Below are positions 11,493 to 24,820 of a stretch of DNA of 64,000 nucleotides, piece by piece. Position 1 is the stretch's first letter. Every line of letters starts with the position of its first letter. A program made the position numbers and the translations under genes. The notes below the pieces were generated by a model. The model was not told the origin of the DNA. It searched no databases and saw only the letters and a program-made list of their open reading frames with translations. This DNA comes from Phyllosticta citribraziliensis (taxonomy: Eukaryota), in assembly GCF_038025025.1 (NCBI RefSeq), contig NW_027117349.1, forward strand, positions 372,001 to 436,000, in the 5' to 3' direction.

Positions 11493-13827
11493 CTAGTACG
11501 GCTCCGTCTCCCTCTCCAGCCACTTCAGCGTCACGGGATCGTTCTTGAAGAAGCCTTGCGTCTTCTCCCTGACCTCCTTGTGGTAGGAGTTCAAAAACTC
11601 GCGCTCGTCAGTCGTCAAAAGATCCACATCGACCAGGCTCCTGCACATGGGGACAAGGGTGACATGCTCGAAGCCCAGGTATGGCTTGTCGCCGAAGCGG
11701 TGCGGCGTTTGCGCCTCGCGCACTACCACTACGTTTTCGATGCGAATTCCAAAGTTTCCGTCCTCGTAGTAGCCTGGCTCGTCGCTGATGACGTTGCCGA
11801 CCGCGAGCGACACCTCCGAATATTGTACACGGGTGCCAATGCCAATGGGACCCTCATGCACGTTGAGGAAGGAGCCAACGCCGTGTCCCGTACCGTGTCG
11901 ATAGTCGAGGCCTTCGGACCAAAGGAATTGCCGTGCGAGCGTGTCAAGCGCAAAGCCGCTGGTCCCCTTGGGGAAAACGGCTCTCTCGAGCGCCATGTTA
12001 CCCTTGAGGACAAGAGTGTAGGCCTTCTTTTCCATGGCAGTTGGGTTACCGAAGTGCAGGGTTCGCGTCGTGTCAGTTGTGCCATCCAGGTATTGAGCGC
12101 CAGAGTCGCAGAGGTATACGGCTTTGGGATCAATGATGGAGCAATTGCCCGGCTCCGGCTTGTAGTGGATTACGGCCGCGTTGGGACCTGTGGATGAGAT
12201 GGTGTCGAATGAAAGGCCAACAAAGCGGTCGTGTTTTCTGCTGAGAATAAGCATTTATGGCGAAGACAGGCGGAGTATGACTTACGATCGAATTGCTTCG
12301 AGCTTGTCCGCTGCCTGGACTTCGTCAAGGGTTGCACTCTTATTGATGAGCTGATCTTCAAGCCAAGCAAAGTACTCGATTAAGGCAGCGCCGTCTCGGA
12401 CATGGCAAGCCCTCATACCCCCAAGCTCGACTTCGTTCTTGACTGCTTTGGCATCTGCGATGGGACTGCGCACTTCTTCCACGTTCTTGTCGCCGCCCAG
12501 ACTCTGTACCAGAGCCCATGATACTCTAGTAGAAACGAGGAATTTCTTTGCTGGGGTCTCCGAGCCCTCGGCCTGCAGCGTCTCTTTGCTCAATGCCTCC
12601 ACGTCTCCAAAGATAGCACCATAAGGTCTGATGGTGACATCGTTACCCAGGTGCGACTTGACCTCTGGGGTCAGCTTGTCATCGTTGATGTACAAGGTAG
12701 CGGTATCCGGTGTGACCACTGCATACGAGAAGAAGACGGGGTTGTATGGAATGCTGTTCAAAAACGATAAGTACGAAGCCCAGAAGGGGCGTGAAGGGGT
12801 AGGCATACTCATTTCCGCGCAGATTGTAGAGCCAAGCAATCTCATCAAGCATGGCTGAAGAGCGTTAGTACCAAGTGCAGCAGAGCGCCAGGGAGCACAT
12901 ACAGACGACGAAGCCGGCGCTTTTGCGCTTAGCTAGTTCCTCGCGCAGCTCTGTCAACTTCTCGGAGAAGTTCTTTCCAGCAAACTCGTGAGGGTGGACC
13001 TTGACTTTCTCGTTTGGACGGGCGGGCTTGTCCTTGGCCCAGACCAGGTCGATGAGATTTTCCCGCACAGCTACCAGCTCACCACCGCCCTTTTTGCTGA
13101 TCCTGTCCTTGAGTTTGCGAGCGTCGGCTTTCGAGGTGTCAGCTGGATCAAATGCTGCGACTAATGGCGACACTTACGAGAAGTGACGACTGTTGGATCG
13201 ACACCGACAGCCTTTCCGCCCTCGGACTGCTCGGCCGTCCTGCGCATGTCAGACAAGGTATTCCTGCAATGCACGAAAGTCCATACCATTCCTGCCAAGT
13301 GGGCACGTCTTGCAGGCCCTGCTTCAAAAGTTCCCAATTGACATCTAGTTGCTTTTCTGCCTGATTGAAGTAGCGGCCGTCGGTTGCAAGCGCGGCTTTG
13401 TCGATGGTGATGACGGCGGTGCCCGCGGAGCCGGAGAAGCCTGATATGTATTCTGCGGCCCATGAGCGTTTCCGGGTCCATCATGGTGTTCAATTTGGTG
13501 TCAAACCTCGGCGAGCGTCGCAGGGGGCTATGTATTCGGACTGGTGGCTATCTTCGGATGGGACGACTGGGGAAAGGAAGCGCGTCAGTATGGAGTGCAA
13601 TTGGCGGTATTGTGAGGATGGTTACTGTAAATGTCGACGTGGTGGTCACGCATCAACTGGCGCAGATGGGCGAGGCGCTCGGTGGTATTGATGGTATCCA
13701 TTTCAGAGATAAGCTTCTTGATGGGAGTAGAGTGGAATGGACGAGTGGGAAAATAGGCCTGAAGAGCCAGGAAGGAAGATTTGGACTGGCGGCAGAAGGA
13801 GCGCGCGAGGGGGCGCAGAAATGGCAT
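11493..13827 (-). CDS. Xaa-Pro aminopeptidase P (peptidase M24B, Fra1/XPNPEP1-like); multi-exon
   Basis: Metal-binding motifs [33 protein letters not shown] and [17 protein letters not shown]-terminus [17 protein letters not shown] (ATG 13701), with an upstream in-frame ATG at 13827. Confidence 0.95.
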
Positions 13828-13937
13828 GCGGTGTAGTGGAGGGATAGTGGGCTGGCCGCAGCGGGGAGCTGTTTGATGTGCGGTGGGTGCTGTGGCGGGC
13901 AGCGGAGCTTGAGCAGCAGCTACATGCCCTGCAGCTG

Positions 13938-13968
13938 TCCTCTGCCCTCTGCCCTCTGCCCTCTGCCC
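13938..13968. repeat. (CCTCTGC)n heptamer microsatellite, about 4 copies
   Basis: cctctgccctctgccctctgccctctgccc read directly between the divergent aminopeptidase and importin genes. Confidence 0.7.
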
Positions 13969-14573
13969 GCCACCGGTGTTCGCTGGTTCTGCCACTGCAC
14001 ACCGCCTCGGCTAACCCGAACAACCCCAGCACAGCACGCGCCCATCATCTTCCCGACCATGGCCATTGCACAAAACACCACCTTCAGTCCAAACTGTCGC
14101 GAGCTTGCTTTTACTCCCTGCTCGCTCCTCCAGCCGCGCCGCAGCCGCTGGCGCTGCTCTCCTCCCCCAAAGACCTTGCATCTCTCCAACTTTTGCTGCC
14201 CCGCGGCGCAACACATCAGACTTCCGCCGCCTTCACCTCATCTTGGCACTCTGTCAAATCACCCGGTTTTTCTTTACAGCCCGCCCAAACGTCTCCTCGC
14301 CCCTTTTCCCTGTAAGTCGTGTCTGCTCCCCGGTCAAATACACCCTGTATTCTTATTCTCGACCAAAGCATTCAAGTGGACCACCAGAGATCATGCCGGA
14401 CCTAATGTTTCCAGACGACCTAGCTAAAACCTTGACGCACTTTTTGGCGTTGCTGTCAACTTGGATGGTCTTCACAGCAACCTCGCTATAAGCTGGTTGC
14501 CCCAGTCCATCTGAGAGTCTTGTTGCCAAACTTCCCCTGCACACAAAAAGCACTCAGAGATTGGATTACTGCC

Positions 14574-17500
14574 ATGGACGCCCCAATCCAAACACCAACA
14601 TCTGTGGCCGAGGTTGCCGCCCTCGTCAAGAGTCTATATCAACAGAAAGATCCTGAAACCATCAAGCGCATCGAAAAGACCCTCCAATCTCTGCAAAAAT
14701 CACCGCAAGGTTGGCAGTTGGCAGATGCCTTGCTCGGCCATGGTGACCCCGAGGTCAGGTTCTTTGGAGCACTTACCTTCACAGTCAAGCTTCATTCTGA
14801 TGCAAAAGCTCTTGAGAATGAAACTTCAAATGAGCTCTTGACTCGTCTCCTGGCCTGGTTGATCCGGCTAGTTGCCGAGGGCGAACAAGAATTCGTGACA
14901 AGGAAGATTTGCACCACGCTTATGCAGTACTTCTTGAGCGACAAGACGCAATGGAATCCATGCATCCGGCACCTCATCTGCTCTTTCATCAAGGGCGAGC
15001 CAGTTGACATTGATCAAGTCGGAACATTCCCCCCTACGGCTCAACTTGTGGGTAGTCTTGCTCCGCCCCAACTCAGATCGATTCTCTACGTCAGCGAAGG
15101 TCTCGTCCAAGAGGTCAAGAGGACTTCGTACGTCTCTACAGTCGTGGCGAAGCTCGAGAACCGACTTGACGAGAATTGCGACGATGTTGTCGCCCTGAAC
15201 CAGTACGCGCTGGGCTACTCTGGCCCTCTTGAGACGGAAATACGCGCCGAGGCCGTCAGCTGCATGGCTACCTGGGCCATCTACGTCACACGCTTGACCC
15301 GCTACTCGCCGGAGGCCTCACTCCGCATAGATCAGGTCCAGACTCTCATCATTCCAGCTTTGCATTGTGTGCATGCCGACCCTGAAAAGACCGTGGAACC
15401 TTTTGCAGACCTTCTCCGCCGACGCGGCATTGAGATATTCTCAGATGATCATTTGAAACTTCTGGGCGGACTCATCACCAGTCCTTGGGGCCAACAGCAG
15501 ATGACCGACATTGTCGATGACGGAGTACCATCGGAACACTTCATCGATTTGTTGCTCGCTTTTGGCTCGGCCATGCTGCCGAAACTGGTCTCTACTCCAG
15601 AGGCCTGGGATAATGTCATGGGTGGGTAATAACAACCCACAGTCTCGTTCATCTGGCTAACGGAATGGCAGTCATGATGCATCAGATCCTAAAGTGTCCT
15701 GGATATCCCATTGAAGACGAATCAACCTCGATGCAGGCCCTCGAATTCTGGGGCAACTATGCTGGCGAGGTTGCCGATCCTATCGAAACCGACTCTGAAC
15801 CGCCGTCTGTCGCTAAATTCCACGTAATGAAAGCCGCGGAAGCATACTGGGCGAAAGTGTGCATGCCTACTAGCACCGACCTCGCCGGTTGGGACAAGGA
15901 TACAATCAAAAACTTCAAGGCCTTCCGCACCGACGTTGGCGATTTTCTCCTTGATGCTTTGCGAGGATGCGGTGCCGATCTCTTCCGCGCTTTCATCACG
16001 CTGGCGTTGAACCAAGTCGAGCAAGACGATTGGATAAAGATGGAGGCATCCTTGTTCTGCATCAACTCTATGGTGGACGAGGTCATTGGCATTGAGGAGT
16101 GCGAAGAGGTCTTGGGAGAACTGTTTGGATCCTCAATCCTCATTTCAGCCATCTCTCGCCCTGACGCCCTGCCAAGAGCACGGCGCGCTGCGGTAGAAAT
16201 GATTGGAAAATACGCCGAATTCTTTATTAAGCATCGGGAATTTCTGGTGGCCCCTCTCAATGCTCTGTTTGTCGCACTCTCCAGGGAAGATACTTCGGAG
16301 GCCGCAGCAAGGGCTATCTCGCTCTTTTGCTTTAGCTGCAGGGAAACGCTTGTCCCTGAGCTGGACAATTTCCTCGCCGCCTACCAGACCTTTATCATCA
16401 GTCCGACCGCTTCAGCTTACTGTAAAGAAAAGGTTCTTGGAGGCATCGCCGGCATAGTCCGTGCTTTGCCTTCGGATGCCCAGAAATGCCATTACCTTGT
16501 CATTCTCTTGCAACAGGTTGAAAGAGAAGTCCGCCTTTCACTCGAGTTGATGAGTCAAAACGATGTGGCAGGGGGTCCTACGACTGCTTGTACCGCTATG
16601 ACCTGCCTTGCCGCGATGGGCAGGGGTCTCCAAAGTGGAGACGAGAGAAGCACCCACATCGATCTCGAGGCAGATATTGCAGGAGAAAGTTACTGGAACA
16701 CCGACCCAGCTGGCATTCAGTTCCAAGCCGGAGTTGCGAAGTACTTGGGCATGATGGCACAGTAAGTTGCCTTGACAATGATGATTTTCCACTCGGAGCT
16801 AATTGATTTCAGTGTCTTTGGCGGCTCCGGCGAGGTCATCGAGGCAATCTGCGACGTATTCAAAAGCGGGTTTGCTGAAGGTGCTCCTGGACCGTTCGTC
16901 CTTCCCCCGAACGTGTTTGTGGAGTTTATCCTTTGCACGTCGACGCAAACGCCTCGCGTAAACCTCGTTCTCTCAACCACTTGTTCTTTCCTCAACGCGT
17001 ACAAAGGTAAGCTCGAGGACAGCACCAAAAGCAACCCATACATCCTAGCCGCAGTCACTGTGGTCGACCACATAATTCAGCTTCTTGCTACACTCTCGTC
17101 GCCAGACACAGATCCAGAAGTTGCCTCGAGCTGCGTCGAAGTTCTGGAGACACTGAACCGGCACAACGTACAGATCCTCTTTGGGCGTTCTTCAGATGCC
17201 GTCGAAAACACTCTCATGTTTACCATTCGCTGCATCCAAGGCCCCGATGTGCTGCCAAAAAGAGCTGCTCTGCACTTCTGGTCCCGGTTTCTGCAAATTT
17301 CTAGCCCTGCTGCAAAGCAGCAAGTCGACCAAGTCATCAACGTTCTTGGCCCGCTCCTCGTTCGGGTCCTCGTCTTCAATGTATCCGGCGAGTCTCAGCG
17401 CACGACTCTCGATGACGTGTCCGACACTTTGCGTCGCTTCGTGCCTAAGAATCCACGAACCGGCGATTGGATCGAAGCTGCGCTCTTGGACAAGGAATTT

Positions 17501-17682
17501 CCAGCCCCAAAGGTCGAGGAGAAGGATCGTTTGTGGTTCAAGAAGATGTTCATAGCGTAAGTACTCTCGACTCGTGCATACTCTGCGATGACTGACCACG
17601 TCTCTGTAGGGCTCGCGGCGGCATGAATAGCAAGCAGGTCGCCATGAATTTCTGGCAGAGCTGCCGAGATTCACAACGCTGA
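14574..17682 (+). CDS. Importin-beta/karyopherin family HEAT-repeat protein (importin-13/Kap122/Kap111-like); 3 introns
   Basis: N-terminal LQSLQKSPQGWQLADALL...VRFFGALTFTVKL (IBN_N-like), then FVTRKICTTL, GYPIEDE...LEFW and W..MEASLFCIN. Last exon ends NFWQSCRDSQR*. Confidence 0.88.
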
Positions 17683-18206
17683 AGTATTCAAATCTCGGCG
17701 TTTTGAACGCAGCTCCGTGGCATCATACGGCGTACATGGTTTTGGGTTAGGAGCAGGCGGGATCATTGGCATAAAGCAGGCAAAAGCTTGCACACGGAAG
17801 CGCATTTGGGCTGATTCTCAAGGCATCAGCGGTTGAGGCTGGCTAGATGTTGCCGGCCAGGACCTCTCGGGCTGCTCGTTTCACTGGCATCGATGGGGGA
17901 TTGCTTAGTTTGATACCAAATCCTGACCAAGTGAAGTTGTTCTTTTCAGATTCAGTGACGACATTTTGACGTGAGCTTGCCTACACTTGGCTGTTGACTG
18001 GACGTACACGGATCGAAAAGCATGCCCAAGAAATCGGTGTCCTGGTTATCGATAAATGGTGTCGCTTGGGATCGGCTTCCCAAAGCGGCCTAGCGCGGCG
18101 GTTCCGCCCACAGAATTTCGATGTGCCGCCGAGCGACCTTTCGCCGACAGCGACGACAAACCACCACCACCACTTCGACATCTACGACGCCGCACGCTCA
18201 GTCAAG

Positions 18207-18551
18207 ATGCCGGTACGCCAAAACCCTCCAGCATCATCAGCATTGCTGCCCAAGCTCTCCGCTTCGATGATGCTATCCAAAAAGTGACAAACGGACGCTG
18301 ACGACGATGTCCTCCAGAGCCACAAGTCTTTCCGTACCAAGCAGAAGCTTGCGAAGGCGCAGAAGCAGAACCGCCCGATCCCCAACTTCATCCGCCTGAA
18401 GACCGGCAACACCATCAGGTTCGCATGATCCGCCCGCAGAGGGACAACGACGAGCGAGGACGCCTCGACAGGACGACGAGACTAACAGGACACGCTCACC
18501 AGGTACAACGCCAAGAGGAGGCATTGGCGCAAGACCCGCCTCGGCATCTAA
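18207..18551 (+). CDS. RPL39: 60S ribosomal protein L39 (eL39); 2 introns
   Basis: Spliced product [51 protein letters not shown]. Confidence 0.97.
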
Positions 18552-19041
18552 GCGGCTCGCCCCTTCGAATCGCTGCTCCCTCATTGTCCAGCTCGACTCG
18601 GAATCCGGAATGCCGCCTCAAAATGTCTATGCGCGATACCCTCTGCACAACATGATTTGCCACGCGGCTCGGGCGGGACAAATCGTCATGGATGGATGAG
18701 GAAGTGGTTTTCAATCAAAAAAGGAATGGCTGCTGGCCTTTCTATTACGTCGGTCGTCGATGGGTGCATTTTCGGTCTGCAATCAGTCGTGATTTGAGGC
18801 GCTCTGGGGGAAATGGATTGTACGCAGGTTAAATGAAATGGCTTGCCAATCCACTCATGCATATCTATGGAAGCGTGATGGTTGACCGAATCGGTCCAGC
18901 ATAAAGGATGGGAACGATGGCTGGAAAGCAGACTGGTATCATGGCTGTGGGACAATTCCAGAAACGGTTGACCATGTTGCCAAAAACAGCACTCAATCTC
19001 GCGCAAACCCAAAGCCAAGATCTAAACTCACGGCAGATCAA

Positions 19042-20080
19042 CTACTGACTTCCACGCGCCGGGGGTGGTCCTGTGGTAACTGCGAACTTTGGAGGCTTTC
19101 AAGATGTTAGCCTGCGTCTCAAGAAAAAGACCATGTCCACGCTTACATCGTTCAGGTCCACCACAAGTATTCTCTCCTCCGCTTGGCCAAGGATATCGAA
19201 GATCTTGGTGCTGCCCTTCTCAATCTTCATGACCGTACTCGTGCCAGCATACACCACACCCCCTTCGGTCCCGCAACGGTTGGCCATGACGACGATTGCC
19301 GGCGCCCCGTTTGCCTCAATCAGCGGGTAGAACCGCTCCAGCCAGTAAGCCAACGTCTCAGCGTCCTCCCTCTTCGGGTTCGCTGCAACGTCCTCGGCAG
19401 CAAAGCGTGTGAGCCAGGCCATGTTGAGTGCGATCAGCGGCGCAGGCGTCGGCTGCAGACAGTGGTTCGCAAACTCGTACGCCTTCCAAGGCGCGACGAA
19501 CCTGTGCGGGTTGATATCCATGCAAATGCCCATGGCGACGTGGCCCAGGTCGCCCAAGTTGCCGCGGAAGAAGCCTTCCGGGCCCTCAGCAGCCCACGTC
19601 TCGTCCGTGTAGTAGAGGAAGTGCTTGCGGTAGTTGGCGAGAACTTCGCCCTTGGGAGACACGGTCACAGTCGAATTGTATCGACGCGAAGTTGCTGGAT
19701 CAATCTCTGGGTATCCTATGGTCACATGAGTCTGTAGGCGGACGGCAACCTCGCGAGCCCAGGTCGTCGAAGGTCCTGAGGCCGTAGGCTCGAGGAATGG
19801 AGTTATGGCTGCGAGACCGGGGAAGTTGTAGCCTGGTGAAATGTGTGAGGAGGGGAATTTCTCTGGTGACCATGGTCTTTTTCTAAATCGGCACAGAATT
19901 TCTCTGGCTGTAGGGATTGATTGGTGAGATACCTGTCAATGCCATCTCGGGGAGAAGCAGCCAACTGAGGCTCCTTATCTCCCCTCTCACTTCGGCATCG
20001 TGTATTAATGCGTTGGCCTTGGCGACATTGCCCCGGAAGTCGCCCACTTGTGGGTTGAATTGCAGACAGGCAATCCTCAT
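19042..20080 (-). CDS. NTA1: N-terminal Asn/Gln amidase (carbon-nitrogen hydrolase/nitrilase superfamily); 2 introns
   Basis: MRIACLQFNPQVG...LLLPEMALTGYNF, NYRKHFLYYTDETWA, GICMDINP and ANRCGTEG, with the Glu-Lys-Cys triad present. Last exon PPKFAVTTG...GSQ*. Confidence 0.92.
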
Positions 20081-20665
20081 CTTGAGAGTGCGAGCTCAGA
20101 GACCAGTGTAAAAATGTTGTCTATGGCGATTGAAAGGAAAGGCCTTGTCTCTTGGGTTTGGACTGTTGCACAAGATGTAGGAGGAAGTTTGACCGTTCTA
20201 CTCGACGTCAGCGCTTTGGAAAGAACCCAATGAGATCGCAAGTGCCTGTAGCAAACGCAAGGAGTAAAATGAACCTATGCAAAGATGCCTGTCTGTTTGA
20301 TTTTGCAAGCCAAACACGGTGGGAAACGACGAAGGAAATGACTGCTTCAAATGGCAAAAGGAATTCGCAACAACAAGGCGTCTGGCTACTAACAAAGACG
20401 ATGAAGACTACTGTGGAGATGACGAAAGAACTAAATAGAGATCCAACTTACAGCATGAGCGTCGTTTCAAGTCGACGACTGAATGTTCTGTTGTTGATTG
20501 GTTGCTGTCACGTGTAGGGCTGGCTGGCAGCGAAAAGCGATGACGATGATCAGCCGAGCTAGCACGGCTCGCAGCTACCAGGAACGCTGCTCCAAAGCTT
20601 CTCGCCTCTTCTGTTCTTTTGTACCGCGTTATGGCTCTTTGGAAGTAGCATCTTCTCCCCAATCA

Positions 20666-23329
20666 ATGGCAGGCAGACGGCTTCTCGATGCTGCAAAATT
20701 ACTCAACGCCACGCGATCCGTCGCGAAGCAGCATGTAGCTCTACGCTCACAGCAACTCGACGCCTACTCGAAAACTTCCACCCTTGCCAAAGCGCTCAAG
20801 GATCAAACCGACCGCGTCACCGTCACCGCACGCGCCGCCGTAGCTCTTGCCCAGCGCTTCAATGAGGCAGCCCCGTCATACACCAAAGACGACACTCCCG
20901 CATCAAAGCCGCAAGTTGATACAGTCCCGAGAAAGAGCACAGTGACTGGTGATGATACACCGGTGGGAACAAAGTCTGGGCTGGAGCAGGACCACCACTA
21001 TGGAAGGTCAGAGCGCAATGCAGCCGCAGAGCCACCTCCAAAAGGAAATCTGGACGTGAAGCAGAAAGAGGCAGACAGGCGCCCTCTGCCGGATGGGACA
21101 ATACCACCATCACACGCGGACCTCCGCACAGGCTCAGAGGGCTTCGAGACCTATTCGGAGAGGCCGACTGCTGAGCCCCCCAAAGACCCTCTCGCGAATG
21201 GCGCTCCAGAAAGCTTTCAACCCAAGAGCTCCTCGGAATCCACAATACCTACGCCAGGAACACATAAGCTATCTTCGCAGGCGGCGCGAAAATTGCAACG
21301 TGAATTTGAGTCGCAGATACCTGCGCGTGCCGCAGACTCTGAGGGCAATTTGACTTCTCTGCCTACGCCTGATGTGTTTGATTCGCCTTCTGGGAAGGTC
21401 AGCCCAGAGCTTTCGTCCCTACCTCGCGTCAAGGTGCCCAAAGTGGCCGCTGATGATCAGGACGGCAAACAACACATCGCCGATGGCGGCAAGATCAACC
21501 CCGATGTTTTCTACTCATCAGCTGGTGCTCCGGAGCCAGAGCCCGTTCCATCGAAGCAAGCTGTCCCAAAGCAGGAAGAGGAGCTTCCTGAAGGGGTTAA
21601 TCTTGACGTTTTCCATTCTCCAAGGGTCGCCCGTATGTTTGGCGCCAAAAAGCCAGGCGTAGACCGGTATCGTCAACTTGAGATGAAATTTGCACGCAGT
21701 GCCCCTGTAGATCAGACTTCCTTGGCCCATGGCAGAGATCAGGAGACTTTCAATGTGCGCGATTCGGCTGCACAAGCCCCCGAACAACCTACGTCAGTTG
21801 GGTCGAATCAACCAAAGGATTCGCATCAGGAAAGCCCGGGAATTGAGGAGCTGGCCAAGGATCTTGCCAAAGATGCCGAAAATACTCAATACGCAGAGGT
21901 ATACAACCGCGGAGTCACGTAGTCCTACGCGCTGACGCTGATAGATGTCCAGGTTCCCACAGAGATGACCTCCGAGCCTGAGAAGGTTGCATATCAATTG
22001 AGAGAATCTCGCGTTCCGTCTTCTCGATTCGGCAGAATATGGCAGTACGCCGGTTTGGGTACCAGCATGGCTTTTGGAGCTGTTGGTGAAGGTCTCCGCC
22101 GTGTTGCTGGAGGCGCCGCTACTGGCTCTTCCCTAGTCTTGAGCGCTGGCAACATGGAACGTCTCGTGGCCAAGCTCTCTAGAATGAGAGGCGCAGCTTT
22201 GAAACTCGGGCAGATGATTTCTTTCCAGGACATCAAAATGCTGCCGCCAGCTATCCATGACGTCCTGCAGCGCGTCCAGGACAGTGCGGATTACATGCCT
22301 GCTTCTCAGCGCAACAAGGTACTGGCGAGGAATCTTGGCGATAACTGGAAAGACCTCTTCAGCGAGTTCGAAGATGTCCCGATTGCAGCTGCATCAATTG
22401 GCCAAGTCCACAAGGCAGTTCTCAAGTCAACCGGGCAAGCTGTTGCAGTCAAGGTGCAATACCCCGGCGTCGCCGACTCGATCGATTCTGACCTGAATAA
22501 CCTGTCTCTCCTCTTGACGGCCTCACGTCTCCTTCCAAAGGGTTTGTTCCTTGACAAAACGATTGCCAACGCGCGCACCGAGCTCGGCTGGGAGTGTGAC
22601 TATCTTCGCGAAGCCGAGTGTCAGACGCGGTTCAGAGAACTACTTCAAGACGACAGCGAGACGTTCCGAGTTCCTGCAGTCATCTCTGAAGCCTCTGGAA
22701 AAGAGGTCTTGACTTCGGAACTCATGACTGGAAAGGGTATCACCAAACTCAAGACCCTTGCGCAGGAGGAGCGGGACTGGATAGGGACCAACATTCTCCG
22801 CCTCTGTCTCCGTGAACTCGTCGAGTTCCGCTTCATGCAGACTGATCCCAACTGGACAAACTTCCTTTACAACGGACAAGACAGGAAGATTGAGCTACTC
22901 GACTTTGGTGCCTCCCGCGATTACCCTCGCGAGTTCACCGACCCATATGTCCAGACGCTGATTGCGGCATCAAAGAACGACCGGGAGACGATCCGAGACC
23001 GATCGATTGAATTGGGCTACCTGACGGGCAGCGAATCCAAGGCCATGCTTAATGCGCATGTTGACTCGGTTCTCACTCTGGCTGAGCCGTTCACGGACAA
23101 CAGCCCCGAAGTGTACGACTTTAGCGACCAGACCATCACAGACAGGGTGAGGAGCTTCATTCCGGTCATGTTGAACGAGCGTCTGGCGCCGCCGCCCGAG
23201 GAAACATACTCGCTGCACCGCAAATTGAGCGGTGCATTTTTGCTCTGCGCCAGGCTTGGGGCCAGGGTGCCGTGCAGGCAGATGTTTGCAGATGCGGTGA
23301 AGAAGTACGAAGAGCTAAGTCAGTCGTAG
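20666..23329 (+). CDS. COQ8: Mitochondrial ABC1/UbiB atypical kinase (coenzyme Q biosynthesis); 1 intron near 21899-21952
   Basis: RMRGAALKLGQM (KxGQ), AAASIGQVH, VAVKVQYPG, MQTDPNWTNF, LLDFGA and PPEETYSLHRKLSG. Basic N-terminal presequence MAGRRLLDAAKLL. Confidence 0.96.
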
Positions 23330-23907
23330 GGTGTGGGAATGGCGAAACTTAGCGTCCACTGTATAATAGCATATCGAGGAAGCGTGTGAGAATAGAGAGA
23401 ACTTCGCTCAAGTCGCAATTGGTAGTACTGATGCGTTTCTCCGTGCTGACCATGCCGTCTCAAAGAGGAGCAGACCTATACTCAAAGGGGAAGCTGTCTC
23501 GATAAATTGCGCATTCGATTTGGGGCCGGGGAAATTCCATCTTGTTCTACAGCTGCTGTAGAGTTACTTCCGCTCATGCCGTCTTACCATCATTGGTTTG
23601 CGCGTGACGATTCAAGGAGGCTCTGCCATGCACAAACGCCTGGGAAACCAGCCCTGCGACGTGCATGAAGAAGTCGAGCAGCATCCATCAAGCATGCGCA
23701 CCAATCACATGTGGCGATTTGGAAGCACCGTAGCGGTCTGGGATGACGGCAGGGGCCATGGCTGACGGCCGGACGATCCACGAAGGCGTCATCGCCGCCC
23801 ACGCTGGTCAAACTTCAAAACCACAGCCAGCCCCGCCTTGGACAACGCTACACAACGCACTGTGCTCTTCCGAATAACCTCTTTCGACTTTGACGCTATC
23901 AATCAAC

Positions 23908-24608
23908 ATGCGCGCCTACTACTACGACAACCTCCCCGTACGTCTCCTCTCATGCCATCTTCTCCACCAAAAAAGTTTCCCGCCGCCCCGCCGTCACACC
24001 CGACCAGCGCAAGCAAGCTAACCACGCACCGCACACACGCAGGGCGACCAACGACTCGCGCACGACTCGGGGCGCGAAGTGCCGGCCGAGCACCTCGCAT
24101 CGCTGGGGATCCACCACTACCACCTGCCGTCGCTGGAGTCGGTCAACGAGCTGGCGGCGAAGCGGGCGTACAAGAACCGCGACGAAGTCACCATCTCGCC
24201 GACGACGCTGCCAAACTACGAGGACAAGGTCAAGGCCTTCTTCGCCGAGCACCTGCACGAGGACGAGGAGATCCGTTACATTCTGGACGGCGCCGGCTAC
24301 TTTGACGTGCGCAATGAGGGCGACGAGTGGATCCGCATTCGTTTGGAGAAGTACGACATGATGATTATGCCGCCTGGCATCTATCACCGCTTCACGACGG
24401 ATGAGAAGAATGTAGGTGGTTTTGTGAGAGGATGCGATCGACATTTTGGCTGACTGGGGACCCGACGTAGTACACCAAGGCCATGCGCCTGTTCCAGGAC
24501 GACCCCAAGTGGACGCCGCTGAACCGCGGCGAGGACACGGACAAGAACACTTTTAGGCAGCAGTACCTCGACTCCAGGGCTGCGAGCACACCCGTCGCCT
24601 CGCACTAA
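23908..24608 (+). CDS. ADI1: Acireductone dioxygenase (methionine salvage); 2 introns
   Basis: [20 protein letters not shown]...[25 protein letters not shown]...PPGIYHRFT...[17 protein letters not shown]. Confidence 0.96.
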
Positions 24609-24820
24609 AGCGAGTTGGCCAAGGACATTGCTTTTGTATGTACACGAGACGGCGATTTATGATATCCTGACTTTATCCATTCTTGTTGCCCAATCTGGAG
24701 GGTACACTTCAACTGTGCTCGAATATCGAAACGTGAAATTCGCTCATCTTGATATACATCTAACTTTTGATATGATCCGCAGAATTTGAACGCTCAATGA
24801 AATGTGATTGGTGGAGATAC

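Noticed and set aside
18213..18317. Possible C/D-box snoRNA in RPL39 intron 1 (ATGATG...CTGA), and similar in RPL28 intron 1
   Set aside because: The C box is imperfect, the spacing is only about 30-35 nt, and CTGA coincides with the branch-point motif.
20498..20665. N-terminal extension of the COQ8 ORF in the ORF track
   Set aside because: Begins at a non-ATG codon. The presequence-like start MAGRRLL at 20666 has a better context.
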